A stretch of DNA of 64,000 bases from a bacterium (GTDB lineage Bacteria > UBA8248), in the NCBI GenBank assembly GCA_965213625.1, contig CBDBZU010000004.1:4032001-4096000 (forward strand), written 5' to 3'. Below are positions 39,924-49,390 of this stretch, in pieces. Position numbers and translations under genes: made by a program. The notes under the pieces are model-generated. The model worked only from the letters and a program-made list of their open reading frames with translations, did not search any database and had not been told where the DNA came from. Position 1 is the first letter of the stretch. Each line of letters begins with the position of its first letter.

Positions 39924-41105
39924 ATGCCCAGAAGAAGCAATATCAAGCTTACCAAACGCGTCGTCGAGGCGCTATCTGTCGAGAGGAACGACGGAGCCTT
40001 CTGGGACCGGGACCTGGCCGGCTTCGGGGTGCGGGTCTACGCCACGGGCCGGAAGGTCTACGTGGTGCAGTCACGTGGGCCGTGGGGACCCAAGCGCGTG
40101 ACGCTCGGCCGTCACGGGGAGCTGTCGTGCGATGAGGCGAGGAAGGCGGCGGCCGGTGTCATCGACCGCATCAGGCGCGGAGAGGCTCCCGTTGCCGCGC
40201 CACCCGAGGCGGAACCAACGGTGGCCGATCTGGTCGAGCGCTTCATGCGCGAACATGCCGGGACGCACTGCAAGCCCGATACCGCCGTGATGTACCGCTC
40301 CGTGAGCATGAATCACATCCTTCCGGCGCTGGGCGGGACGCCGCTCGCCGAGGTCGGGCGGGCGGAGGTCACGGCCCTCCATCACGGTCTGCGCGAGACG
40401 CCCGCCACCGCCAACGCGGCCCTGGGCCTTCTCTCTAAAATGTTCAAGATGGCCGAGGCGTGGGGCCTGGTTCCTGCCGGGAGCAACCCGTGCCGGGGGC
40501 TTCGCCGCTACCGGACGCGGAAGCGGGAGCGGTTTCTGACGAAAGAGGAATTCCGCCGCCTGGGCCGGGCGCTACGTGACCTGGAGGCGGAGGGGAGGAT
40601 GTGGCCCCCTGCCGTCGCGGCCATCAGGCTCCTTGCGCTTACCGGATGCAGGCGGAGCGAGATCCTGGATCTTCGCTGGGACGATGTGGACCGCACGGCG
40701 GGGGAGTTCAGGCTCAAGGACGCCAAGGCGGGTCCTCGCATGGTTCCGCTGACGGCGCCCGCGCTCAGGGTGCTGGACGGGATTCCCCGCTCGCCGGAGG
40801 ATCCCTGGGTGATCCCCTCGAAGTACGGGAGAGGCCGCCTGGGGAACCTCTCCTACTACTGGGGGGCCGTGAGGGAGAGCGCGGAGTTGGACGACGTTCG
40901 GATCCATGACCTGAGGCATTCCTACGCCTCGCGGGCGCTGGCGCTGGGCGAGAGTCTGTCCACGATCGGCAGGTTGCTCGGCCATCGTCACGTGGTGAGC
41001 ACGGCGCGCTACGCGCACCTGATGCGGGACGCCGAGAAGGCGGCGGCCGCCCGGGTGGGCGAGAGCATCAGCGCCCACGTCACGAACGGGAGGATGGATG
41101 GATGA
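39924..41105 (+). CDS. Tyrosine recombinase/integrase with N-terminal arm-binding domain
   Basis: WDRDLAGFGVRV arm domain; TGCRRSE, HDLRHS, LLGH, TARYAH. Confidence 0.93.
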   Translation: MPRRSNIKLTKRVVEALSVERNDGAFWDRDLAGFGVRVYATGRKVYVVQSRGPWGPKRVTLGRHGELSCDEARKAAAGVIDRIRRGEAPVAAPPEAEPTVADLVERFMREHAGTHCKPDTAVMYRSVSMNHILPALGGTPLAEVGRAEVTALHHGLRETPATANAALGLLSKMFKMAEAWGLVPAGSNPCRGLRRYRTRKRERFLTKEEFRRLGRALRDLEAEGRMWPPAVAAIRLLALTGCRRSEILDLRWDDVDRTAGEFRLKDAKAGPRMVPLTAPALRVLDGIPRSPEDPWVIPSKYGRGRLGNLSYYWGAVRESAELDDVRIHDLRHSYASRALALGESLSTIGRLLGHRHVVSTARYAHLMRDAEKAAAARVGESISAHVTNGRMDG

Positions 41106-42271
41106 CGACGAGGCCCGCTGTGAAAACGCTCTCGAACCGGCTGGTCGCGAAGCTCACGGTCGAAAAGGACACTGTTTTCTGGGATCGCGACCTCACCGGC
41201 TTCGGGGTGCGGGTATATCCCACGGGGAGCAAGGTCTACGTCGCGCAGGCGCGTGGCCCCGAAGGCCCCAGGCGCGTGACGGTGGGCCGCCACGGCGTGA
41301 TACATGCCGATGAGGCCAGGAAGCGCGCCGCCCACATCATCGCGCGCGTCAAGGCGGGCGAGGAGGCCGTGCCCAAGCCGATGAACCCCGCAGGCGGTCC
41401 CACCGTGGCCGAACTCGCGAGACGCTATCTCGCCGAATACGTCTCCGTGCGCTGCAAGCCGAGCACAGCGAAGACGGTCCGCTCCGTGGTTCTGAAGCAC
41501 GTCGTGCCTGCGCTCGGGAAGCTGCCCCTCGCGTCGGTCGAACGCAAGCACGTGGCGGAACTCCACGGGCAGCTGAGCACCACGCCCGCGGCCGCTAACC
41601 AGGCCGTCCGGGCGCTGTCCGCCATGTATCGCCTGGCAGGGGAGTGGGGCATGGTTCCAGAGGGGACGAATCCCTGCCGCGCCATCGCCGAATACCCCGG
41701 GCGCAGGCGGGAGCGGTTCCTCACCGCGGCTGAGTTCGAGCGGCTTGGGAAAACCCTCGATGAAACGGAAGAGAAGGGCGGCGCGTCGGAGAGCGCGGTG
41801 ACCGCCATCAGGCTCCTGATCCTGACCGGGTGCCGGAAGTCGGAGGTCCTTGGCTTAAGCTGGGAGGAGGTGGCGCTTGACGATGCGGAACTGAGGCTCT
41901 CCGACTCCAAGACGGGTGCGCGGGTCGTTTCGCTTTCGGAACCCGCCGTGAAACTCCTCGCGGGTCTGCCACGCCTCCCCCGCAATCCCTGGGTGCTCCC
42001 CGGCAGGAAGCCCGGGACGCACCTTCGAAAGCTGGACGACACCTGGCAGTCCGTCCGCGCACGCGCCGGGCTTCACGACGTGCGCCTTCATGACCTGCGT
42101 CATTCGTTCGCCTCGAGAGCGCTCGCGCTCGGCGAGGGCCTCACCGTGATCGGGAAGCTCCTGGGCCACGCCAGGATCGAGACCACCTCGCGCTACGCGC
42201 ATCTCGCGCGCGATTCGGTGCGGGAGTCCGCAGAGCGTGTGGCGGAGAGTATCGCCGAAGACCTGCTGTAG
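41102..42271 (+). CDS. Second, paralogous tyrosine integrase (ATGA overlap with the first)
   Basis: WDRDLTGFGVRV; TGCRKSE, HDLRHS, LLGH, TSRYAH. Confidence 0.93.
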   Translation: MTTRPAVKTLSNRLVAKLTVEKDTVFWDRDLTGFGVRVYPTGSKVYVAQARGPEGPRRVTVGRHGVIHADEARKRAAHIIARVKAGEEAVPKPMNPAGGPTVAELARRYLAEYVSVRCKPSTAKTVRSVVLKHVVPALGKLPLASVERKHVAELHGQLSTTPAAANQAVRALSAMYRLAGEWGMVPEGTNPCRAIAEYPGRRRERFLTAAEFERLGKTLDETEEKGGASESAVTAIRLLILTGCRKSEVLGLSWEEVALDDAELRLSDSKTGARVVSLSEPAVKLLAGLPRLPRNPWVLPGRKPGTHLRKLDDTWQSVRARAGLHDVRLHDLRHSFASRALALGEGLTVIGKLLGHARIETTSRYAHLARDSVRESAERVAESIAEDLL

Positions 42272-42596
42272 GGCGCCGTCTTGTTGCCGCTGGAATCTCA
42301 TCCTGCGCATTCGGCGGGGTGTCCCGAACCGGCATCGAGGCGCCGTCGATTCCGCCGATGTGAATAAACCCATCGAAAGAACCTGACGGTCATCCAGGTC
42401 GTCCCGTATCACTCAACGCACCGATGTCGCCATTTCCGCCAGCGCCCGCCTTCGCATGAACGGACGGGAAGTCCCGTAACTAAAGGGTCTTACGGCCCGT
42501 TCCGCCCCGCGCCGCCGCGCGGCGGTTCGGAGACTGTCTCCTCAAGTGCGCGGCGGGCGCTGCCGCTCAAGCGCCGCTCGGGCTAAATGTCGAAGG

Positions 42597-42812
42597 CTAA
42601 ACAGCTTTCATCAGCGCCACCAATGGCGAGACGACCACCGTCAGTCCGCCCGTGACGAGCGCAGGGATCTGAAAGCAAAGCGACTTGCCCGATCCCGTCG
42701 GCATCACGGCGAGCGCGCTGTGTCCTTCGAGCGTCCCGATCACGGCCTCCTGGCCCGGCCGGAACTCCCGGAACCCGAACGTCTCGGCCAGCGCGCTTCG
42801 CGCGGCGGCCAT
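42597..42812 (-). pseudogene. recQ: 5' fragment of RecQ helicase
   Basis: [37 protein letters not shown] followed by AV-stop instead of DQV. Confidence 0.85.
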
Positions 42813-43029
42813 CGGCCCGCTCACCGGGGGATCGCCAAAGGGATTCGTGTCGGCGCTCAAGATGCCGGCCGAACCCTGCGGGTGATTTTCAGAGAAGGAA
42901 CAAGGAAAATTCGAAAACGGTTCGCTCGGGTCCAATTCGTTCGTCTCGACAGGCGGTTCGCGCTCATACGGGCGGGCGGGATGAATATACGGGTTCGCCG
43001 GAGACAGGGCAAAGGCGAATGCGGACACC

Positions 43030-43731
43030 TCACATCCTGCGCACAACCCAGAGCGCCTTGCCGAGGAAGTGAACGTCATCGGCCAGGCGCGTATAGGGCG
43101 GATACTCGGGGTTTTCCGATACGAGGCGGAGGCGGCGTGGATCATCGTCCTCGCCGGGCGCCACGTCCACCTTCTTCACCACGATCCCGCTCCCGTCCCA
43201 CAGGACGAAGGTCTCCCCCGTGGCGGGGGTCTTTTGTGAGACATCGACCACGATCCGGTCACCCTCTCTCATATCGGGTTCCATCGAGTCCCCGCGCACC
43301 CGGATGATGCGCAGGTTCTCGGGATCAGCGCCCCCCTCGTGGCGGATCATGTTCGCGGGCCAGCCCCACCGTGCGGTCTCCGTCTCGAAGCCGGATTCGA
43401 ACGCGCCTGCGCCCGCCGCCGCCTCGACCGTGACTTCGGGTACGGTCGCGATCGGCCGTGTGGGATGTTTCCTCCTGTAGGGTTTTCGTTCGGGGAGCTT
43501 CTCGTGGCGGATTTCGGCGGGATCACATCCCAGCAGTTCGCCCAGCACCTCCCCGTCCCGGTAGCCGAGCACGGCGGGAGAGCCGCGCTCCACGTACTGC
43601 TGGAGATAGGCCCTGTTGCGTCCGAGGGCGGTGGACGCTGCCGCCAGGGTCAGGCCGTTTCGCCTGAGCAGGTCCTTTAGTCTCAAGCGGAGCGGATCGT
43701 TCCTGATTGCCTCTTTTTCCTCTTCGTTCAT
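43030..43731 (-). CDS. CI/LexA-like repressor (HTH + S24 peptidase)
   Basis: [22 protein letters not shown]; VRGDSMEP (Ser), VVKKV (Lys), LVSENPEY; AAGAG cleavage-site-like motif. Confidence 0.88.
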   Translation of the reverse strand: MNEEEKEAIRNDPLRLRLKDLLRRNGLTLAAASTALGRNRAYLQQYVERGSPAVLGYRDGEVLGELLGCDPAEIRHEKLPERKPYRRKHPTRPIATVPEVTVEAAAGAGAFESGFETETARWGWPANMIRHEGGADPENLRIIRVRGDSMEPDMREGDRIVVDVSQKTPATGETFVLWDGSGIVVKKVDVAPGEDDDPRRLRLVSENPEYPPYTRLADDVHFLGKALWVVRRM

Positions 43732-43867
43732 GGCGTCTCCTCGTAGATTTTTTTATCAAACCCCCGCGCAGGGGGACGTGGGCGTGAGCGCGTTTGGACT
43801 CGAAATGTAGGTTATATCCTATATATAATTCTTGCAAGCGATTATATTTCGTATTATATACGTATCC

Positions 43868-44056
43868 ATGAAGAAGATCGAACCCCGCACCGGAACGGAT
43901 CCGGACGAACAATTGAGAATGGACATTGAAGCCTGGATCGCGCGCCATAGACTGAGCGCCACGCGCTTCGGGAGGGACGCGCTGGGACAGGCCTTCGAAG
44001 CGAGGCGAAAATCTTCCTCTCCTCGAACGGAGCGGTTGGACATTTCGACGGGGTGA
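43868..44056 (+). CDS. Cro-like small regulator, possibly truncated
   Basis: DIEAWIARHRLSATRFGRDALG, divergent from the repressor across an AT-rich spacer containing the near-palindrome TAGGTTATATCCTA. Confidence 0.55.
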   Translation: MKKIEPRTGTDPDEQLRMDIEAWIARHRLSATRFGRDALGQAFEARRKSSSPRTERLDISTG

Positions 44057-44096
44057 AACTCCGATTGTCGGGCGCCGATGAAACCCGGTCGTGATT

Positions 44097-46937
44097 CTAC
44101 GGCATCTCCAGCCCTCGATCTGATCGAGTCTTCTCCATCGCCGGCGACCGCCGCTCGATTGACTGCGTCGCCTCGTTTGGCTTCTCGGCCCCGATGCTCG
44201 CGGTTTTGCCCGCTCCGAGTACCTCCAGGGCTGCGATGCGCTCCCCCGTCGCGGCTTCGAGCCGCTCGCGCAGCGCTCTTGCGTCGTCCGTCACGAGTTC
44301 CGCCCGGTCCCGGGCGCGGCTGATCTCGACGTAGAGCGTCTTCTGGTTGGTGAGCTCGGGGTGGTTCGCTTCCATGGCGGCGATGACGGTATCGACCGTT
44401 CTGCCCTGGAAGGCATGGACGGTCGAGGCCCATGCGCGGTCGACGTGGCGAAGCTGGAGATCGGCGCTCGTCATGTCCAGGACGCGCCCGTCCTCGATGC
44501 GGAAGGTGACGCGCCCGCCCCTGACGTCCGTCACTTCGGCGGCCTGGCTGTTCATGAGACCGAGGTCCGGATCGTTCCGGGTCCAGCGGACCTTGTCGCC
44601 CTGGCGCAGTTCCATATGCTCGACCTTGTAGACCTCGACACCGCCGGTACGCGCCGCGAGACGGCCGGGCTCCCAGCGGATTTCACGCCCATCCTTCCCT
44701 TCCAGTTTCACCGCGTCGTTCGCGTGGTCGACGCCCGCCACGCGCAACTCGTCTCCCTTCTCGACGCCGATGCGCTTGTAGGGGCGATGGAAGGCGACCA
44801 CGTCGCCTGGCGCGTAGTTCGCGGCGAGCGATTTCTCGGGGTTGGTGTAGCCGCGCGAGACGAGGCGCTGCGTGAGGAAGGCCGGGCCGTGGACGACGCC
44901 GTCCCTGACCAGGCGCTCGCGGACGATGGCGTTGATCTTCTCGCGGATTGCGTGGCTCGGCGCCATGAGTCCGGCGTTCGCCCGCGCCTCTTGCGGGAGC
45001 GCAAGCCATCGCGCGGCGGCGGCGCCCGCGAGGTTGTCGGGTTTCACCTCGGCCACGTTGGAACCCAGTTTCTCGAAGGCGCGCTTCACGTCGCCCGCGA
45101 GCGTGGCCTCGACGGCGGCTTTGAGATCGGGGTCACGCTGGCGCATGATCTCGTTCATGGTCGCCGTCTTCATGCCCGCGGCCTGTAGCTGCGCGAAGGG
45201 TTTGCCGGCGTCGACGGCGTCCAGTTGTTTCGCGTCGCCCACGAGCACGACCCGGGGCAGGCGCAAGGTCTGCGAGATACGCAGGAGCTCGCGCATCTCG
45301 CGCGTCGATGCGAGGGAACCCTCGTCCACCACGAGAGCGGTCTTCGCGTAGCCCGCGCGCAAGTGTTTTTGGGCTTTCCTCGTGAGACTGCCCCGGGCGA
45401 CGTCTGTATATCGCGTGAGGAAACGCTGGAGCGTCTCGCTCCCGATCCCGGCCTCGGCTTCGAGGGTCCTTGCGGCCGAGGCCGAGGGCGCCAGGCCCCG
45501 GACCTCGTAGCCGCGCTTCTCGAAAAGCGCGCGGGCGCGCTTTAACATCTTCGTCTTGCCGACGCCCGCGTAGCCCTGCACACCGACGACGCGGTCGGAG
45601 TCGGTGAGGATCAGCTTGACGGCCTCGCGCTGGCCATGGGTCAGCGGTCCGTTTCTGAGCGCCTTGTCAACGGCACGGCCGCGCATGGCGGGCGCGCCCC
45701 GTCCGCGTCCTGCCTCCACCAGGGCGATGGTCTCGCGCTCCGCCGCCGCGGCCTTCTCCGTCGTAATCATGTCCTTCACTCCGGGCAAGTCCGCCGCCTG
45801 CAGGACGCCGGTTTTTTCGAGTCTCTCCACCTCGCGCACAGCACCCGCCATCGACACCGCGCCGGGCCGCCAGGCGAGCGCGCCCGCGAGCAGAGCGGCG
45901 CGGTCGAAGACCGCCTCTCTTTCCGAGAGATGCGCGACGGCCCATTCCACGGCCTCGCGGGCGGGTTCGATGTCCGCCGCGCTCCGGCCGGCGTCGCGGG
46001 ATACGGCCCTCCTCTCCATCGCCTGCGCCTTGAGGGCGACGGCGTCGAAGCCGAGATCAGCGGCCTGCTTCTCCCATACAGCCATGAGCGTCCCCTTGTC
46101 GGCTTCCCGCTTGGGGTCCCGCGTCATGAGTGCGGCCCGCTGGGCGGCGCGCTGGTTCTCAGACGTCTTGCCGAGTCCGCGTTCTTCCATCGCCTTCTCG
46201 ATCTCCGCCCGCCTGGTCGAGAACGCCTCGATCACGTCCCTGGGGACGCCCTCGACCTCGAAGCGCCCGTCGGCGTGGGTCTTCTCGACCCGGTAGCCGA
46301 AGTTTTCGAGACCCCGGGCGAGTTCGGCCCGGTAGTGGGCGCCGATCAGCATCTTGCTCGCATAGAGTTTTTCGTTGGACATGGTCCTCCACTTGCCGTC
46401 CGTCCCCCGGACCATGTTGGCGATTACCGCGTGCGTGTGGAGCAGGGGGTCCAGATTGCGCGAGGTGTCGTGTCGGAAGGTCGCGACCACGCTCTTCTGG
46501 TCCCCCGTACGGACTATCTGTCCGGTCGCAGGGTCGCTCATCCTGGTCTCGGCGACGTTTCGCTCGACCCAGTCGAGGGTGCGCGCCACGGCCACCTGGT
46601 GGGCCCAAATCGCGCGTCCGTCGCCGCCCAGGTAGGCCAGCAGCGAGACGGACTTGGGCGCCGAGAGGGTGAGGTCGCGGCCGGGACGGTGGTGGAACGA
46701 CCCGTCCTTGCCCGGGCGCCCGAGCCTGCGCCCCGAACCGTCGGGGACCACGCCCTCAAGCACGGAGCGGAGGGTATCGGGGTCGACCGGACCCGACAGC
46801 CCCAGGTCCTCGGCACCCCTGCCGCGCCAGGCGCTCGCCTCCCGGTGGTTCGGGTCTTCCTTCGTGTAGTAGTCGTCGCGCTCGAAGTAGGAGACACACT
46901 GCGCGGGCGCGGCTACGGCGCCGATCGACGCGACCAT
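44097..46937 (-). CDS. traI: MOBF relaxase-helicase (TrwC/TraI-like)
   Basis: YFERDDYY, DLTLSAPKSVS, HDTSRNLDPLLHTH, GYAGVGKT, HAFQGRT. Confidence 0.92.
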   Translation of the reverse strand: MVASIGAVAAPAQCVSYFERDDYYTKEDPNHREASAWRGRGAEDLGLSGPVDPDTLRSVLEGVVPDGSGRRLGRPGKDGSFHHRPGRDLTLSAPKSVSLLAYLGGDGRAIWAHQVAVARTLDWVERNVAETRMSDPATGQIVRTGDQKSVVATFRHDTSRNLDPLLHTHAVIANMVRGTDGKWRTMSNEKLYASKMLIGAHYRAELARGLENFGYRVEKTHADGRFEVEGVPRDVIEAFSTRRAEIEKAMEERGLGKTSENQRAAQRAALMTRDPKREADKGTLMAVWEKQAADLGFDAVALKAQAMERRAVSRDAGRSAADIEPAREAVEWAVAHLSEREAVFDRAALLAGALAWRPGAVSMAGAVREVERLEKTGVLQAADLPGVKDMITTEKAAAAERETIALVEAGRGRGAPAMRGRAVDKALRNGPLTHGQREAVKLILTDSDRVVGVQGYAGVGKTKMLKRARALFEKRGYEVRGLAPSASAARTLEAEAGIGSETLQRFLTRYTDVARGSLTRKAQKHLRAGYAKTALVVDEGSLASTREMRELLRISQTLRLPRVVLVGDAKQLDAVDAGKPFAQLQAAGMKTATMNEIMRQRDPDLKAAVEATLAGDVKRAFEKLGSNVAEVKPDNLAGAAAARWLALPQEARANAGLMAPSHAIREKINAIVRERLVRDGVVHGPAFLTQRLVSRGYTNPEKSLAANYAPGDVVAFHRPYKRIGVEKGDELRVAGVDHANDAVKLEGKDGREIRWEPGRLAARTGGVEVYKVEHMELRQGDKVRWTRNDPDLGLMNSQAAEVTDVRGGRVTFRIEDGRVLDMTSADLQLRHVDRAWASTVHAFQGRTVDTVIAAMEANHPELTNQKTLYVEISRARDRAELVTDDARALRERLEAATGERIAALEVLGAGKTASIGAEKPNEATQSIERRSPAMEKTRSDRGLEMP

Positions 46938-46938
46938 T

Positions 46939-48879
46939 TCAGTAGCTCCTCAGGCGATAGCCTTGCGGCTCCCCGGAGCCGGGCGTGTCGTTTCCGCTCT
47001 TTTCCGGCAGGGGAGGAACAGGGCCGCTTTCAGGGTCTGTTTCGTGACCAACGGTCGGAGCAGTCTCCTCACCGGAGGGAGCGTTCACGGTTTCGGGGGC
47101 TTTAGTTCCCGCGCTTTTATTCGCTTCGGAAAGCGACGCTCCCTCTCTCGGGATGAAGCTCTCGGCGGATTTGTCTCTCTTCACATAGTCGAGCTCAATG
47201 CGGGCTACCGGCCAAGGTCCCGGGAACTTGAGGTAACCGTGCAGATTCTCAAGGCGCATGATCTCGGACGGCAGCGCCAGGGGCCGCATCTCGCGGCGCT
47301 GGGTGAGCGATACGCCGTCGCGCATCGTGCTCGCCCCGTAGCTCAAGCCCTCCGCGTATTCGGTGACCTCGCCGCGGCCGAGGCTCTCGGCCGACCAGCG
47401 CGCCGTCTCCTGGTCGGGCGCTGCCAGCACCACCCGGGTGCCGCAGAGACCCGATACGGTCTCGGCGCCGTTTCGCCCGTAGAGATCGCGGAGCGCCGAG
47501 AACACCTGGATCCCCAGCACGAAACACCCCCCGAACTGGCGCGATTCGGCGAGACCGGGCTGCAGGCTGGGCACCTGGTGGAGAGTGGGAAGCTCATCCA
47601 GCACAATCCATATCCTGCGCGCGTCGTCCCGGCCGAGGGACAACAAAGCGTTCACGGCGATCTCGAGCCAGGTCGAGATGAGACCCCGCAGGCTCGCGTG
47701 CTGATCCCCCCGCGAGGTCAGGAACAGGAAGCCCGATTCGTTCTCCCGCTCCACCCATTCCCGAATCGAAAACGGCTTCCCTGAATCGGGCAGGCACTCG
47801 AGCGCGCCCAGGTGCGCGGTCAGCATGGCCCGCACCGACAGCGCGGTCTTGGGGTTCTCGGGGTCCACGATGGACTGCGCCACCGTGCCCTCCATGGCCT
47901 CCGCGAGGGCAGTCAACTCTGTCTTGAGCAGGTGTTTTACGAGTACGCTGTTCTCCGTCACGCCGCGTTTCCAGAGCACGCCCGCGCCGTTCGCGAACAG
48001 CTGCCGCGCGGCCGTGACCCAGAAAGGGTCCACCGTGTCCTTCTGCTGGGGAATGAGCGCTGCCGCCATCGTGTCGAAGTCCCTGGGCGTCCTGGCTTCC
48101 AGAAAGGGAGACCACCGCGGCGCACGGGCATCCAGGGGATTCATCAGTACGTCGCGCGCGGGGTCGAAGAAAGCCCGCGTGTAGCTTCCCATCTTGTCGT
48201 AGAGGATGCATCGCTCCCCCCGGGCGCGTATCTGCGCGACCAGGTCCGAGATCAGGACAGTCTTTCCCGAACCCGTGGTGCCCGAGACGATGGTGTGCTG
48301 GGTCTCGGCTCTCTTCGGCCAGGGGACGCCCGCGATGCGGGGCGTGGACTTGCGCGCGGCCGGGAAGAATCTTTCCGTCAGGCGGGAGAAGAGAGGCGTA
48401 ACGCTTCTGGCGAGCGCTTTCGCAGTCGTCATCTCCGCGCCCCTGATCCGCCTCGCGCGGGCCATGCGCCTGCCCAGCAGCCAGAAGGTGACGATGAATG
48501 CGGCCACGCACGAGAGCCCCAGCCAGAGGCCCAGCCACGCTTTCGTATGAATGATAGCGAGAAACCGCCTCCTGATGCGCTCGATCCTGGGGTCGGACGC
48601 GATCAGGGAGATGGATTCGATCACCTGCACGCCTTCTCCCCACTCGTATACCTGGCCCGAATCGGGGGAATAGCCGATGGCGAGCTTGGCTTCGGCGAGG
48701 GTGCCGAGTCCCACCACGCGCCATTCGTGCGCGCTCGTCGTCGTGTAGAGGCTCACCGCAGGGGTCAGGACGATGGCGAGTACGAGACCCACGACGCCCC
48801 AGCGGGCGAGCTGGCCCCACATGCGGGCGTCGTGCAGCAGCGTCTGGCCGCCCCGCAGGGTGGCGTTTCCGATGGTCAT
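46939..48879 (-). CDS. traD: Type IV coupling protein
   Basis: Two N-terminal TMs, GTTGSGKT, DPFW, IVLDELP, ESRQFGG. Confidence 0.92.
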   Translation of the reverse strand: MTIGNATLRGGQTLLHDARMWGQLARWGVVGLVLAIVLTPAVSLYTTTSAHEWRVVGLGTLAEAKLAIGYSPDSGQVYEWGEGVQVIESISLIASDPRIERIRRRFLAIIHTKAWLGLWLGLSCVAAFIVTFWLLGRRMARARRIRGAEMTTAKALARSVTPLFSRLTERFFPAARKSTPRIAGVPWPKRAETQHTIVSGTTGSGKTVLISDLVAQIRARGERCILYDKMGSYTRAFFDPARDVLMNPLDARAPRWSPFLEARTPRDFDTMAAALIPQQKDTVDPFWVTAARQLFANGAGVLWKRGVTENSVLVKHLLKTELTALAEAMEGTVAQSIVDPENPKTALSVRAMLTAHLGALECLPDSGKPFSIREWVERENESGFLFLTSRGDQHASLRGLISTWLEIAVNALLSLGRDDARRIWIVLDELPTLHQVPSLQPGLAESRQFGGCFVLGIQVFSALRDLYGRNGAETVSGLCGTRVVLAAPDQETARWSAESLGRGEVTEYAEGLSYGASTMRDGVSLTQRREMRPLALPSEIMRLENLHGYLKFPGPWPVARIELDYVKRDKSAESFIPREGASLSEANKSAGTKAPETVNAPSGEETAPTVGHETDPESGPVPPLPEKSGNDTPGSGEPQGYRLRSY

Positions 48880-49045
48880 CCGATTCTCCTTTTTCATACT
48901 GTCTGGATGGTCGTGCTGCCGGTGTCCCGGCCTCGCGATGCGCCGCACAGAGGTCGAGGAGGGTGGGGCGGGGGCGTAAGAGCGGGGTCCGGGGAGAGTC
49001 CCTGGCCACGATAACCGTTGAATTGCAATTCATGAGGAGCCACCC

Positions 49046-49390
49046 ATGAAAAACCCGAGACCATCCGCTTTGGCCCATTGTCTGGTTCTCGCCGGACCCG
49101 CAATCGCTTTTCTCTTCACCCTCTGCGTCCTCGCGTCCGGGAGCGGCGCGAGCCTGCTGTTCGCCGCCTGGTTCTGGGCCGTGATCTGGAGTTTTCTCAC
49201 GGCGCTTGCCGGCGCCCTGTGGCGGGCGTTCCAGGGGGATCGTTCCGTCTTCACCGGCTACACGCTCCCCGAAAGAGACGACGAGCACTTCGACTGGTCG
49301 ACGCGGACGGGCCGTTACGTCTGGCGCCGTGATTACGAGGAAGGAGGACTTTACGAAAACGACCACTCCGGTCACGGCCCCATCACCTGA
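49046..49390 (+). CDS. Small membrane protein, candidate entry-exclusion factor
   Basis: Hydrophobic N-terminal half, charged C-terminus; lies between traG and traD, convergent with traG; RBS GAGGAG. Confidence 0.5.
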   Translation: MKNPRPSALAHCLVLAGPAIAFLFTLCVLASGSGASLLFAAWFWAVIWSFLTALAGALWRAFQGDRSVFTGYTLPERDDEHFDWSTRTGRYVWRRDYEEGGLYENDHSGHGPIT

